Origin: Vicugna vicugna
Lineage: Eukaryota
Assembly: GCA_013265495.1 (NCBI GenBank)
Contig: MU058213.1
Location: 1,240,001-1,304,000, forward strand
Reading direction: 5' to 3'
Length of the DNA stretch: 64,000 nucleotides
Part shown: positions 36,427-49,120 of the stretch, in pieces
Layout: each line of letters begins with the position of its first letter
Position numbering within the stretch: the stretch's first letter is position 1
Position numbers and translations under genes: made by a program
Notes under the pieces: model-generated
Database searches by the model: none
What the model was told of the DNA's origin: nothing
The model's input: only the letters and a program-made list of their open reading frames with translations

Positions 36427-37190
36427 CTACACAAAATAAATGCTGGAAAGAGTGTGGAACCACCCACACTGTTAGATGTGGAATATAAACTGGTGTAGCT
36501 AACTGTGGAAAACGGTATGGAGTTTCCTTAAAAAACTAAAAATAGAAGTACCATATGGTAACCCTGGGTATATATTTCGAAAAGACAAAACCTCTAATTT
36601 TGAAAATACATGCCCCCCCAAATTCACGGCTGCACTATTTACTATAGCCAAGACATGGAAATAACCCAAGTGCCCATCAACTGATGACTGGCGTGAGAAG
36701 ATGTGGTATATACATATACGCATATATGCAATATTATCACTCAATATTACTCAACCATAAAAAAGAATGAAATAATGCCATTTGAAGAAACATGGATGGA
36801 TCTAGAGAATATTATACTTAGTGAAGTAAGTCAGACAGAGAAAGACGAATATTACATGATCTCACTTATACACGGAATCTAAAAAAATAATATAAATGAA
36901 TCTATATGCAAACATAAACAGACTCAAGACTTAAAAAAGAAACTTATGGTTACCAAAGTGGAAAGGGAGCAGGGAGGGACAGATTAGGAGTATGAGGTTA
37001 ACAGATACAAACTACTATATATAAAATAGATGAGTAGCAAGGATTTACTGTATTGCACAGGGAATTATACTCAATATCTTATAATAACCTATAATGGAAA
37101 ATAATCTAAAAAATATATATAACTGAATCACTTTGCTGTACACCTGAAACTAACACAATATTGTAAATAAACTACACTTTAATAAAAATG
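36427..37190 (+). mobile_element. Second L1 3' portion
   Basis: ORF2 C-terminus and 3'UTR restart, ending aataaaaa. Confidence 0.8.
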
Positions 37191-37214
37191 AAAGAATATT
37201 TAAATAAAAAATTT

Positions 37215-37385
37215 TTTATTCCCTCTGTTTTATTTATTTTTTTGTTTGTGGGGTTTTTTTTCCTTAGTCAAGGGAAGGTCATTAGGTTTATTTATTTATT
37301 TATTTTTAGTGGAGGTGCTGGCGTTAAACCCAGGACCTTGTGCATGCTAAGCACGCACTCTACCACTGAGCTATCCCCTCCCCCC
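37215..37385 (-). mobile_element. Vic-1-like SINE
   Basis: Minus strand GGGGGGAGGGGATAGCTCAGTGGTAGAGTGCGTGCTTAGCATGCACAAGGTCCTGGG plus tail. Confidence 0.85.
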
Positions 37386-38533
37386 GCAAAAAAGACAAAT
37401 ATTTAATGTTGAGAAAAAAAGATAAATCTTAGGTGTTTGACTTAAGCAATCAGATGGATGATCATACCATTTCCTGAGATGAGGAGTTAGGGGGAAAAGT
37501 AGGGGTTTTTTGGAAATGGTGGAGAGAGGAAGAAATAGATTTTGCATTTTACATTTGAGAAACTTTCATACATCCTCTTTTCTTCCTATAATAAATGATA
37601 AAATGCACTGAAGCCAACATGGGTCTGTTTAATGCTCTGAAACTGGTGAAACTAATATACTGAATTATGAAATCATCATTTGGTACGATGCTGTGTCAAA
37701 TTTTTCCTGATAACCGTACATTTAGAATAATTTGTTTACTGTTTTTAGGGATTTTGTTGAAATCCTGTAATGTGTCAACTTAATAACACTGTTACAAGGA
37801 GGAGAGTGCCTGCACTTTGAAAATAGTATAAAGATACTCATGAGAAGAAATTGCTGCTGGAACATAACCATGGATTTACTCTTCCCTGTATAACTCTGAA
37901 GGAGACAATACTGATGGACAGTGGCAATGAAACTGGTGCTTAAATTCCTTCCCATTTGTTAAAGATCTTATATTAGTCATGGTAGACTATCTGCTACAAC
38001 AACCTAACCTCAAAAATTTCAGTGGCTTACCCCAATAAATGTTTATTTCTTGTTCAAGAAAGTCTAACAGGAATGTTCCTGGTTGATGGGTAGCCTTCAC
38101 TGTGGTCATTCGGGGATGCAGGCCCCTTCTAGCCTGGTGTCCTCTGATGGAGCCTCTGCATTGACTTGGGACATAGGGAAGAGAATGAAGGCCACCTATG
38201 GGAGGTCTTATGGGCCAGGTCCTGTAGTGCCTGTCACTTCCCTACATTCTATTGGTCAGTCACATCCAACTGCAAGGGATGATGAGGAATGGAGATTAGC
38301 TCTGTGTCCAGGAAAGGGAAAGATGGTGAGCACTAGATATAGGGCTCTTAGTTCTGAAAGACCCTACTTCTGAGTTTGCTGTTCATCATTTGCCTTGCTG
38401 AAGCCATCTTTATTTAAAGGAAAGGAGGTAGAGAACACTCCCTTTCACATTTGACAAAGTATCTCTCTAACCCTGCCTTTTGAAAATTGGAAATTAATGC
38501 TTCAGTTCTTTTGTTTAATAAAAATCATGTCTT

Positions 38534-38624
38534 ATATGTCCATGAATGACTGAAAAATTGTGCTGAACACTGGAATTTGACACAACATTGTAAAATGATT
38601 ATAAATCAATAAAAAATGTTAAAA
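38534..38624 (+). mobile_element. Severely 5'-truncated young L1 (91 bp)
   Basis: Matches the 3' end of the L1 at 53823-54621; perfect TSD aaaatcatgtctt at 38521-38533 and 38625-38637. Confidence 0.8.
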
Positions 38625-38878
38625 AAAATCATGTCTTCACTCTCAAATAAGCTTTTCTGCATGTTTGCCATATCTTGCTTTTTATCAAATTACTTGCTAA
38701 GTCTCTCACTTAAAACATTAAAACATTTCACACTGGTGAAATTTGATAAATTTTGACTAACAAAAATGGTATTTTCATATTACTCAACCTAACAGAAGGT
38801 ACAGATACATCTTAAATATTCTCTTTTCTTTTTCTTCTGACATTAATTGGTCTTCAAGTGTGGTCTATTTTACTTCTG

Positions 38879-39705
38879 AAAAAAATGGGCAAAGAATTTA
38901 AATAGACATTTCTCCAAAGAAAATATACAAATGACCAATAAGCACATGGAAAATGCTCAACAATACCAGTCATTGGGGAATGTAAATTCACACCACAATG
39001 AGATACCACTTTACCCATTAGGATGGCTATACTCAAAAAATGGACAATAACAAGTATTGGAGAGGATGTGGCAAATTTGGAACACTCATACAGTGCTGGT
39101 GGGAATGCAAAATGATGCAGCTGCTTTGAAAAATAGTTTGGCATTTCCTCAAAAAGTCAAACTCAGAGTTATCATATGACTCAGCAATTCTAGTTCTAGG
39201 AATATATTGGAGAGAACTGTAACCACACGTCACACAGAAATCTATACATTAATGTTTGCAGCAGCATTACTCATAATAGCAAAAATGCAGAAATAACTCA
39301 AATGCCTATCAACTTAACAATGGATAAACAAAATATCCATAAAATGATTTATTATTCAACAATACAAAGGAATGAAGTACATGTTACAAAATGGATGAAT
39401 CTTGAAAATATTAAGCTAAGTGAAAGAAGCCAGACACAAAAGGCCACATATTGTATGATTCCATTTATATGAAATGTCCAGAATAGACAGAATATAAATT
39501 AGTGTTTGCCAGGAGCTAGGGGTAGGAGGAATGGAGGGTGACTGCTAATGGTATGGAGTTTCTTTTGGGGTGATGAAAAAACTCTGGAATTAGTTAGTGG
39601 TGATAGTTGTATAACTTCTGGACATAGTAAAAATCACTGACTTGTACACTTTGTGAAGATGAATTTTATGATATATGAATTTTATTTCAATAAAAAATTT
39701 AAAAA
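38879..39705 (+). mobile_element. L1MB-like 3' portion
   Basis: aaatgggcaaagaatttaaatagacatttctcc... through tcaataaaaa. Confidence 0.8.
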
Positions 39706-39759
39706 TGAATGCATGATATGTACATTTAAGACAGTTAAATATGTCAAAGATAGAAATAT

Positions 39760-41161
39760 AGAAAAAATCAGTTGGGCAGATTTGTTTGTATGTATTTCTG
39801 AGCTCTTTATTCTGTTTAATTGACCTATGTGTCTATACCTTGGTTACAACCGTATTGTTTTGATTACTGCTGCTATATGATGATCCTTAACATTGGGTAG
39901 AATAGTTCCTCCCACGTTATTATTCTCTGTCAAGATTGTTTTAGCTATTTTAGGGCCTGTGTTTTTCCATATAAAATTTAGAATAAGATTGTCTTTATCT
40001 ACAAAATCTTGCTGGGATTTTGATAGGAACTGCATTAAATCTGTATAACAACTTAGGGAGAATTGACATCTTTACTTTGTTCAGTCTTCCAATTAATAAA
40101 TATGATGTTTCTTTTTTCAGCTTTATTGATGTATTGACAAATAAATTTGTATTGACAAATAAAATTGTAAGGTATTTAAAGTGTACATTGTGATGATTTG
40201 ATATATGTATACATTGTGAAAGAATTCCTCCCACATTTTAATACATCCATCTCTCTCTCTCTCTCACATACATATTTGTTATTTAATATAATTTTTGGTG
40301 AGAACATTTAAGTTCTCCTTTCAGCAAATTTCAGTTACACAATAAAGTGTCATCAACTATAGTCACCAGTTTATACATTAGATCCTAAGAACTTCATCTT
40401 ATAGCAAAGTTTGTATGCTTTTACAAACTTCTCCCTATTTCCCCTACTCCCCAACCCCTGGCAACCACTTTTTTTACTCTGTTTCTGAGTTTAACTTCTT
40501 TTTTGTTTTGTTTGGCTTTTAGATACCACATATAAGTGATGCCATACAGTATTTGTCTTTCTCTGTCTAGCTTATTTCACTTAGCACAGTGCCCTGAAGT
40601 TCCATCCATGTTGTTGAAAATGACAGAATTTCTTTCTTTCCCATGGCTGAATAATATTCCATTTCATATATGTATATATATGTGTGTGTATGTATATATC
40701 TCTCACATCTTCTTTATCCATCTATTGATGGACATTTAGGTTGTTTCTACATCTTGGCTATTGTGAATAATGCTGCTATTGTGAATATTGTTTCTACATC
40801 TTGGCTATTGTGAATAATGTGAATAACATTAGAGTGCAGATACATTTTTGACATCTTGTTTACATTTCCCTGGGATATATACCCTAAAGTGGGATTGCTG
40901 GATCATAAATTTAATTTTTTGAGGAACCTCCATAGTATTTACCATTGTGGCTACACTAATTTACATTCCTTCCAACAGTGCATAAGTGTTCTCTTTTCAC
41001 CAATACTTGTCATTCCTTATCTTTTTGATGATAGTCATTCTAACAGGTGTAAGGTAGTATTGCATTGTGGTTTTGATTTGCATTTTCCTGATGATTAGCA
41101 ATGTTGATTACTTTTTAATGTACCTGTTGGCCATTTGTATGTGTTCTTTGGAAAAAAATCC

Positions 41162-41202
<41 letters not shown>

Positions 41203-41960
41203 TATACACAAATATATATATATATATATAAATAAATATAGTCAAAATACAATGTTGTGTCTGTTTCTGGTGTATAGCATACTGCTTCAGTCATACATGA
41301 ACATACATATATTCAGGTTTTTTTCCTGCCAATTTTTAATATCAGATTTTTTGGCTATTGAGTTGTGTGAATTTTTTTATATATTTTAGATATTTACCCC
41401 TTATCAGATACATGATTTGCAAATATTGTCTCCAGTTCTGTAATATGCCTTCTCATTTTGTTGATGGCTTCTGAATTTGATATTTCTTTCCATTTGTTTA
41501 GATCTCCTTTGATTTCTCTCATTAGCATTCTGTAATTTTTATATGCAGATCCTGTACATGTTTAAATTTATATCTAAATATTTTAATTTACTTTGGGGTG
41601 ATTATTACTGGTATTATGTTTCAAATTTCAGTTTCCACATGTTCATTGTGAATAATATAGAATAACAATTGGTTTTTATGTGTTGATCTTGTCCTGCGAC
41701 CTTAATGAGCTCACTTATTAATTTTAGATTTTTTTTAAATGTATATTCCCTGGGATTTTTCTACATAGACAGTCATTTCAGGTACAAATAGAAATAGATT
41801 TATTTCTCCCTTCCTAATCTGAATATTTTTATCTCTTTTTATTACCTTATTGTTCTGCCAGTACTATGCTGAATGAAAGTAGTGCGAGTAGACATCCTTG
41901 CCTTGTTTCTGACCTTAGAGAGAAAGGACTCAGTCTTTTACCATTAAGCATGATATTAGT
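39760..41960 (-). mobile_element. Antisense L1 ORF2 with a nested L1 3' end (about 40110-41475) and a short young L1 tail with CA/TA repeats (about 41160-41320)
   Basis: Minus-strand ORFs with L1 ORF2 motifs ([37 protein letters not shown]). Confidence 0.8.
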
Positions 41961-44174
41961 TAATGGTAGCTGTAGGTATGTCATAAATGCTTTTGTTTTT
42001 TATCAAGTTAAAGTTAAAAGAAGTTTTGTTGTGTTGAAGATTATAAATATATTTAATTTGACATATTGTCAATTTTCACTGAAAAGAGGTTCCTTCAATT
42101 TACATTCCTACTAACAAGGACTGAAAATTCTTTCCCAAAACTCTGTATTTCTTTAAACTTAATGATCTTTATCAGTCTAGTATGTTAAAAATAATCTCAT
42201 TATTAGTCTTTAAAAATTTTTATGTGGGCAAACTTATATTTCTCTTCATGGCTTTTGTAATTTCTAGCATTTCCAAAAATCTTTCCTTACTCAAATTTTA
42301 CATTTTTTTTTCATGTTATCAGATCCTCTTAAGCTTCAATTTCTTTTTAGACTTCTGTCCATACCTTGTTAATTGGTCTTCCTAGATACAGTTAGAATAT
42401 TTTTGACAAGGTGCACTTTCAGTTGAAATGTCTTTATCTTTTTCTGTGAGCATAAAAACGACTGGGGTCCATTTTAATTTCCACCATGAAGAAATTACTC
42501 TTATAACAAAGAGTCTAAGGTGAATGTAGATAATCATTTAGAAAAAAAGATATTGCAAATGTTGTGAAAGCTGCAGCAAATTATGGTGAGACAGATTTTC
42601 AGGCAAAAGACCTGGTTAAAGTACTATATTTACCTCTGGAGTTGTGTGGCTTTAGAAAAGATGCTTTATTCCCTTGGGTCTCAAGTTTTCCTCTGTAAAA
42701 TGAAGGATCTGTACCAAACAATCTGCTTCCATTTTCTTCTGCACATCTTTGAATCTATGTAGATATGTATTGTTAAATCCTTAAGCTTGCAATTATAAAT
42801 GGCGTAGAAAATCTTAGCATATTTGCTTTTCTCCAATGCAGTATTTGATTTGCTGATGTGAAAAAGTTATAAACACTTTTTTCTTACATTGTAGTATATG
42901 TTTTCCTGTTCTAAACACCATTATGTTGCTAATGTTTTTGCTGTGTATGGTTCTTGCAAAATTTTACAGTTCAATACAAAATCAGTAAAACTCACAGTTT
43001 ACACTTTAACCAAGCCAAATCATTTTATTTCTGTTCTCTTCACTCCTTAGACTTGAGTGGAAATCATTTGTTTCCTGTGTACCTGTAGAATGGTCCTTAG
43101 GTTGATAAGCTAATCTCCAAAGCATACATGTGTCCACTAGGGTCTGAAGAACATTTGGGCTTCAATCATCTTACAGAATGTCTTATCTAAACCAGCAATA
43201 AAATGCAAACAAGTAATACTTGCTTTATTGATCACATTGTTGACAACATGGAAATAATTTAGCAGAGGATATTATGGAACTCTTGGAGGCAGGGAGCTTA
43301 AGTGAGTACAAAGACTTCAGATGGGAAAATTTTTACCTATGTGAAAAATGATACACAACTCAGTTTCTTTATTCCCCGTGAGAATCACAGTGTATTTGTT
43401 TCTGATGTAACCCTTATAAAGCAAGGTTCTATAAGGTTCATTCTTGGAGTTTAGCAAATAAACACAATCCAGTAACCAATAACCTGTTCAGAGTAGCTCA
43501 AATGTTTTACTTGCATTTCTCAAAACGTGGAGGAGATTCACATAAATAGTCCACTGAAACACTTCTTAAAATCTTCTTTCCTTTCCCACCCAATTCTTTC
43601 ACAATCCCCAGATGCTGTAGAGCATTTTGTTTCACAATTCACCTCCAATCTCCTAAATCCAGCTTGATGCTGGTCTTCCCTCCCACCTCACTTCCCAAAG
43701 CTTTACTCTATAGGTCAGTTTTTCCTCTTTTGGAATGTGGAGGAGGTGAAATTGGGCTAGAAAATACAGTATTTTCTTTGGCAAGGTGAGGTTAGAGAAA
43801 AGGCTGTGAACACTCTGACATTAGCAATTTTGGCTGCTTTATATTAACAATGCAGCACAAACTAGATGGCCAGTAAATATTTGTTGAATAAGTGGGTGAA
43901 CTCTGATAATTCTCATATCCCAGAAATTATCCTATTTAATTAAAAAGAAAATCTAAAAATATTATTCTGTTATCAATTTGGATGGAAATAGATATTAAAT
44001 TAACTTAATTGTAATCATATTGACTGGCATGCTAGAAGAGTTTTCTTCTAGGGGCAGAGTATGAGGAATTTCACTGAATTGCGCCATTTTGCTTCAAGTG
44101 ATAGAACATGGAAATGGCCTAAATAGTGACTGAGTTGAGCTTATATTGCTTTTATTAAAAATGATTGAAGCCCC

Positions 44175-46025
44175 CAAGTGAAATATTTAGATATAAATCT
44201 AACAAAATATATACAAGACCTATAGCAAGAAAACTACAAATCTCTGATGAATGACATAAGAAAAAAAAATGAAATAAATGGCAAGATATTCCATGTTCAT
44301 GGGTAGAAAGACTCCATTTGTCAAGACGTCAGTGCTTCCCAACTTAATCTATAGATTCAGTGCAATCCCAATCAAAATCCCAGCAAGTTATTTAATGAAT
44401 AATGACAAAATGATTCTAAAGTTTATATGGAAAGGCAAAAGACTCAGAAAAGCCAACACAATATTGAAGGAGAACAAAAGTTGGGAGGACTGACACTACC
44501 TGCCTTCAAGACTTCCTATAAAGACAGTGTGGTATTGGTAAAAGATAACAAATAGATCAACAGAACTGGAGAATCCAGAAATAAACCCCCATAAAACAGT
44601 CAATGATGTCTAATAAAGGAGCAAAAGTAATATGACGGAGCAAAGATAGTATTTTCACTAAATGGTACAGCACAACTGGACATCTGCATGCAAAAATAAA
44701 AAAGGAATTTGGACACAGATCTTACCTCAAGCACAAAAATTAACTCAAAATGAATCAAAGACCTAAATGTAAACCACAAAACTATAAAACTCCTAGGAGA
44801 CAACATAGGAGAAAGCCTAGGTGACTTTGGGTATGGTGATGCCTTTTTAGATACAACACCAGAGGTACAAGCCATGAAAGAAACAATTGGTAAGCTGGAC
44901 ATCATTAAAATTAAAGACTTCTGCTTTGAAAAAGACAATGTCAAGAGAATGAGAAGATAAGACACAGACTGGGAGAATATATTTGGAAAAGGCACATCTG
45001 ATAAAGGGCGGTTATCCAAAATATATAAAGAACTTTTAAAACTCAAAAGTAAGAAACCAAACAACCTGATTACAAGATGGGCCAAAGACCTTATCAGGTA
45101 ACTCACCAAAGAAGATTTACAGATGGCAAATAAACATATGAAAATATATTCTACATCATATATCATCAGGGAAATGCAAATTAAAACAACAGTGTGATAC
45201 TTCTACACACTTATTAGCATGGTCTTAATCTGGAACACTGACAAAACTAATTGCTGGTGAGGAGGTGGAGCAACAGCAACCCTCATTCATTGCTAAAGGG
45301 AATGCAAAAAGGTACAGCCACTTTGGACTGCAGTTTGGCAGTTTCTTATAAAACTAAGCATACTCTTATCATAGATCCCCCAATTGTGCTCCTTGGTATT
45401 TATCCAAAGGAGTTGAAAACTTATGTTAACAGAGGTGTTTTTAGCAGCTTTATTAATAATGGTCAAAACTTTGACTCAACCAAGATGTCCTTCAGTAGGT
45501 GAATGGATAAATAAAATGTGGTACAAGCAGAATATGGAATATTATTCAGCACTGAAAAGAAATGAGCTATCAAGTCATGAAAAGACATGGAGGAAAGTTA
45601 AATGCATATTACCAAGCAGAAGAAGCCAATTCAACTATATGATATTCTGGAAAAGACAAAACTATGGAGAGAGTAAAAAGACCAAGGATTAGAGGGGAGG
45701 AAGGGGTGAATAGTTGGAGCATGGAGGGTTTTTAGGGCAGTGAAACCATGCTGTATGATATTATAATGGTAGGTACCTGTTATTATACATTTGTCCAAAC
45801 CTGTAGAATGTACACCATCTGGAGTGAACCCTAACGTAAACTATAAACTTTGGATGATAATGATGGATCAATGTAAGTTCTTTAATTTAACAAATGTACA
45901 CCCTGGTTGGGGGATGTTGATAATGGGGAATGCCGTACTTGTGTAGGAGCAGGTAGTAAATGGGAAATCTCTGCACTTTATTCTCAATTCTGCTGTGAAC
46001 CTAAAAATGAAGTCTTAAAAAATAA
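44175..46025 (+). mobile_element. L1MC-like element, ORF2 3' half and 3'UTR
   Basis: SVLPNLIYRFSAIPIKIPA..., degenerate ORF2, and L1MC-type 3'UTR (gtgaaccctaacgtaaacta). Confidence 0.85.
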
Positions 46026-46108
46026 TAGGAGCCACAGCAATAATCTTAAATTTTTTGTAATGCTGCAGACATATTTCAGAGACCTGTGTGTAAGGGTATC
46101 TATATTCA

Positions 46109-46159
<51 letters not shown>

Positions 46160-46188
46160 CCTACCTACCTACCTACCTACCTACCTAT
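46109..46188. repeat. (CTAT)12(CTAC)7 compound tetranucleotide repeat
   Basis: Read directly from the sequence. Confidence 0.95.
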
Positions 46189-46212
46189 GTGCATTTTTGT
46201 CTATCTCAGTGT

Positions 46213-46322
46213 TAGAGTGACCAATTTGTTTCCAGTTTGCCTAGAATTATCCTGGTTTTAGTACTGAAAGTCCTATACCCCAGGAACCCCTAGTCCAGGC
46301 AGATTAGGATGATTGATCATTG
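46213..46322. mobile_element. MER94-like hAT relic
   Basis: agagtgaccaatttgtttccagtttgcc...ggttttagtactgaaagtcc. Confidence 0.5.
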
Positions 46323-47720
46323 CACTTTGTGTATATGTGTGTGCATAAGCATGTGATCCCTATTCAAAGAGATCTTTAAAAATACAGCAGTCAAGCATCT
46401 GTTTTTTGTCTACTTTTAACTAAGTTGTTTTTACTGATATACCCAGGGTATAGATTTATATTTTCATGATGTTTAAATTTGCCTCACATGTTTTTACTGT
46501 CTTATCAAAAAACTGCTACTCTTTTCAACACTCTAGGAAACTTCTTGGAGTTTCTTACAGTTTTATGATTTTACCTTTCCAAATCTATTCAAACTCTGTC
46601 TTATCTTAATGTCCTTCCTGCCAAGTTTTAGTTACAAAGAAACACCCCTTCCCTTGTGATCACGTTTACTTCTCTCACAAGTGTCCCCAACAGACATAGA
46701 AATGTTTTCTTGTCTTAACCTAGCTTTTTCTTTTCAGTTTTTCACTTTCTTTCCTAAATATTCTATCTTCTTCCTACAACTGGCCTCCAACTTATTCATC
46801 AATTTTTGTTTTGTATACTCGTATTCTTTAAGAAGTCTCCATAATAATAAGTATTTTGCAGGATCACAAAGGAAACATTCAGGATGAGATTAATTTGGAC
46901 TATTTATTTGAAATTTACAATAGTTGGACTGGGCTTTATATGACTCAGTAGAACCATTTTGTCACTCTAATTAAAAGCACAAACAAAATGTACGGAGGTG
47001 AAAGGAAGGGAAGTGAAAAGAATATTTAAGAAACAGAAGTATATTTTTAGGTTTTTAAAGTCAGTATCATTTAATCCACAATAATGTATCATATTTATAT
47101 GTCTCCATTAGTACAGTGATGCTCCTTTTGTCTCTTTCTTTTATATAAGTATATGTAACACACAAATACATATGTATATATATACATACATACAAATATT
47201 TATCTATACATGTATTTGAAAAAATAACAATTATAGCTACTTATTTCTTAACAAGTCTAAGAAACTTATTTAAAATAAAAACAATATACCTAAGGTAAAT
47301 ATATATATATTTTAAAAATTCAAAATACAATTGGGTATGAAATGAAAAATAAAACTTTTTCTCCATATATTGCTTACCTCCAGGAATCACTCTCAACAGT
47401 CTTTCATGCAATCTTTCACACATTAAAAATATTTTGAGTTCCCCCATGTGTTTGGAGGCATATGCTTTTAAAACATTTATACAAATGGAGCATAGTATAC
47501 CTATTATTGTGAGACTTTGTTTCTTTCTTTTGGTAATATATTTTAAACATATTTCTATTCTATGTCAACAAGATCTGCCTAGTATTTTGGTTAGGGCTGT
47601 GAAATATTCCTTTGTATAGATATGCTGTAATTTATTTAATTATAATTAAATGGTGGATATTTAATTTTTTCTAATTTTTTTTTTTTTGGCTTTTGCAGGC
47701 AATACTGCAGCTCAAAGCTT

Positions 47721-47724
<4 letters not shown>

Positions 47725-47756
<32 letters not shown>

Positions 47757-47774
47757 TGTGTGTGTGTGTGTGTG
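47725..47774. repeat. (TG)n microsatellite
   Basis: Read directly from the sequence. Confidence 0.95.
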
Positions 47775-48439
47775 AATGTGTATTACTAGCAGTGGAATTG
47801 CAGGGCTTAAAGAGTCTGCACATTGAAATTTTAAAAAACAGATTGACCAAAATGTCCCGACCCAAAATATTCTGATTTAGCCTTTCTAACAGTGTATGAG
47901 ACTGCCTATTTCCCCAACCATCATTAAAAAATTTGTATGTTCAGTAAGAAAAACAGTTTTGCTATTCTGGCAAAAACTCAAAGATAGGTATTTTATTGTT
48001 ATTTTGACTTTTAATCTTGAAAGCTTTCTTCATTAAGCACTTGTAGCTCCCAGCAAGATTCCCTCTTTTTTTTAGTGCTGACTAGAGACCTCTGAACTGA
48101 GGAATTGGTCTCCTTTCTCACCTCCCCCCACCCCAAGAATTAGGCACTTGAATGGAATGTTAGTGGAGTGGTGGGGGCTGGGTCCTAGGAAGGTAAGTAA
48201 GTAGTTTTAGGTCAGATAAGGCTCATGGTCTTTGGTTACTCCATAGGAAGTGGAGACAGATCATATTTTTGTGTTCTAGTAGCAAACTCTGGGCTGTAAG
48301 AAAAGTGAGTCCTCAGTATAAACAGTGGAACATGGAGACTTATTTCTCTCTGGCTATTGACAGAACATGGGTTTGTATTCCCATTCCCCACAGGCTTGTG
48401 TGCATGGGGTGGCAGTCCATCACTGATGACTAGCCTGGA

Positions 48440-48640
48440 TTATACAGCCTAGATGCTTAGGTCTGACTCCTGGTTTCACTACCTGGCAGCTGTGATCATA
48501 TGCCTCAGTTTCCTCATCCATAAAATGGGATATTAATCGTGCCTACCTCATAAGATTGTTAGGAGGACTAAACATGTCAATATCCATAAAGTGCTGAGGA
48601 TTGTACACTTGGCACATGGTAAGCAGCGTATCAATGTTCA
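48440..48640 (+). mobile_element. MIR SINE relic
   Basis: tgcctcagtttcctcatccataaaatgggatattaatcgtgcctacctcataagattgtt MIR core. Confidence 0.7.
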
Positions 48641-48684
48641 ATGAGATAAATTAAATGAGCTAGCTAGTGAATGGTTTTGTCCTG

Positions 48685-49120
48685 TAAGCATGTTTGGAGA
48701 TCATGGTTCTAAGTGAAGGAAGCCAGAAAGAGAAAGAAAAATACCATATGCTATCACTCATATGTGGAATCTTAAAAAAACAAAAAGACACTATGAACTC
48801 ATCTACAAAACAGAAATAGACTCACAGACATAGTAAACAATCTTATAGTGACCAGGGAAAGGAGGTGGGAAGGGATAAATTTGGGATTTTTGAGATTTAC
48901 AAATGTTAGCTACTATATATAAAAATAGATTTTAAAAAGTTTCTTCTGTATAGCATAGGGAACTACGTTCAATATCTTGTAATAACCTTTAATGAAAAAA
49001 TGTGAAAACGAATATATGTATGTATATACATGACTGGGACATTGTGCTGTACACCAGAAATTGACACATTGTAACTGACTGTACTTCAAAAAAAAAAAAG
49101 AAAGAAAGAAAGAAAAAAAA
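48685..49120 (+). mobile_element. Lineage-specific L1 3' end with A/AAAG tail
   Basis: Similar to the 3'UTR at 54240-54620; poly(A)-derived tail at 49087-49120. Confidence 0.8.

Noticed and set aside
28932..37385. tRNA-like sequences with A and B boxes
   Set aside because: They carry A-rich tails and TSDs and lack a proper acceptor stem, so they are SINEs rather than tRNA genes.
44600..45166. 188-aa hydrophobic minus-strand ORF
   Set aside because: Antisense reading of L1 ORF2.
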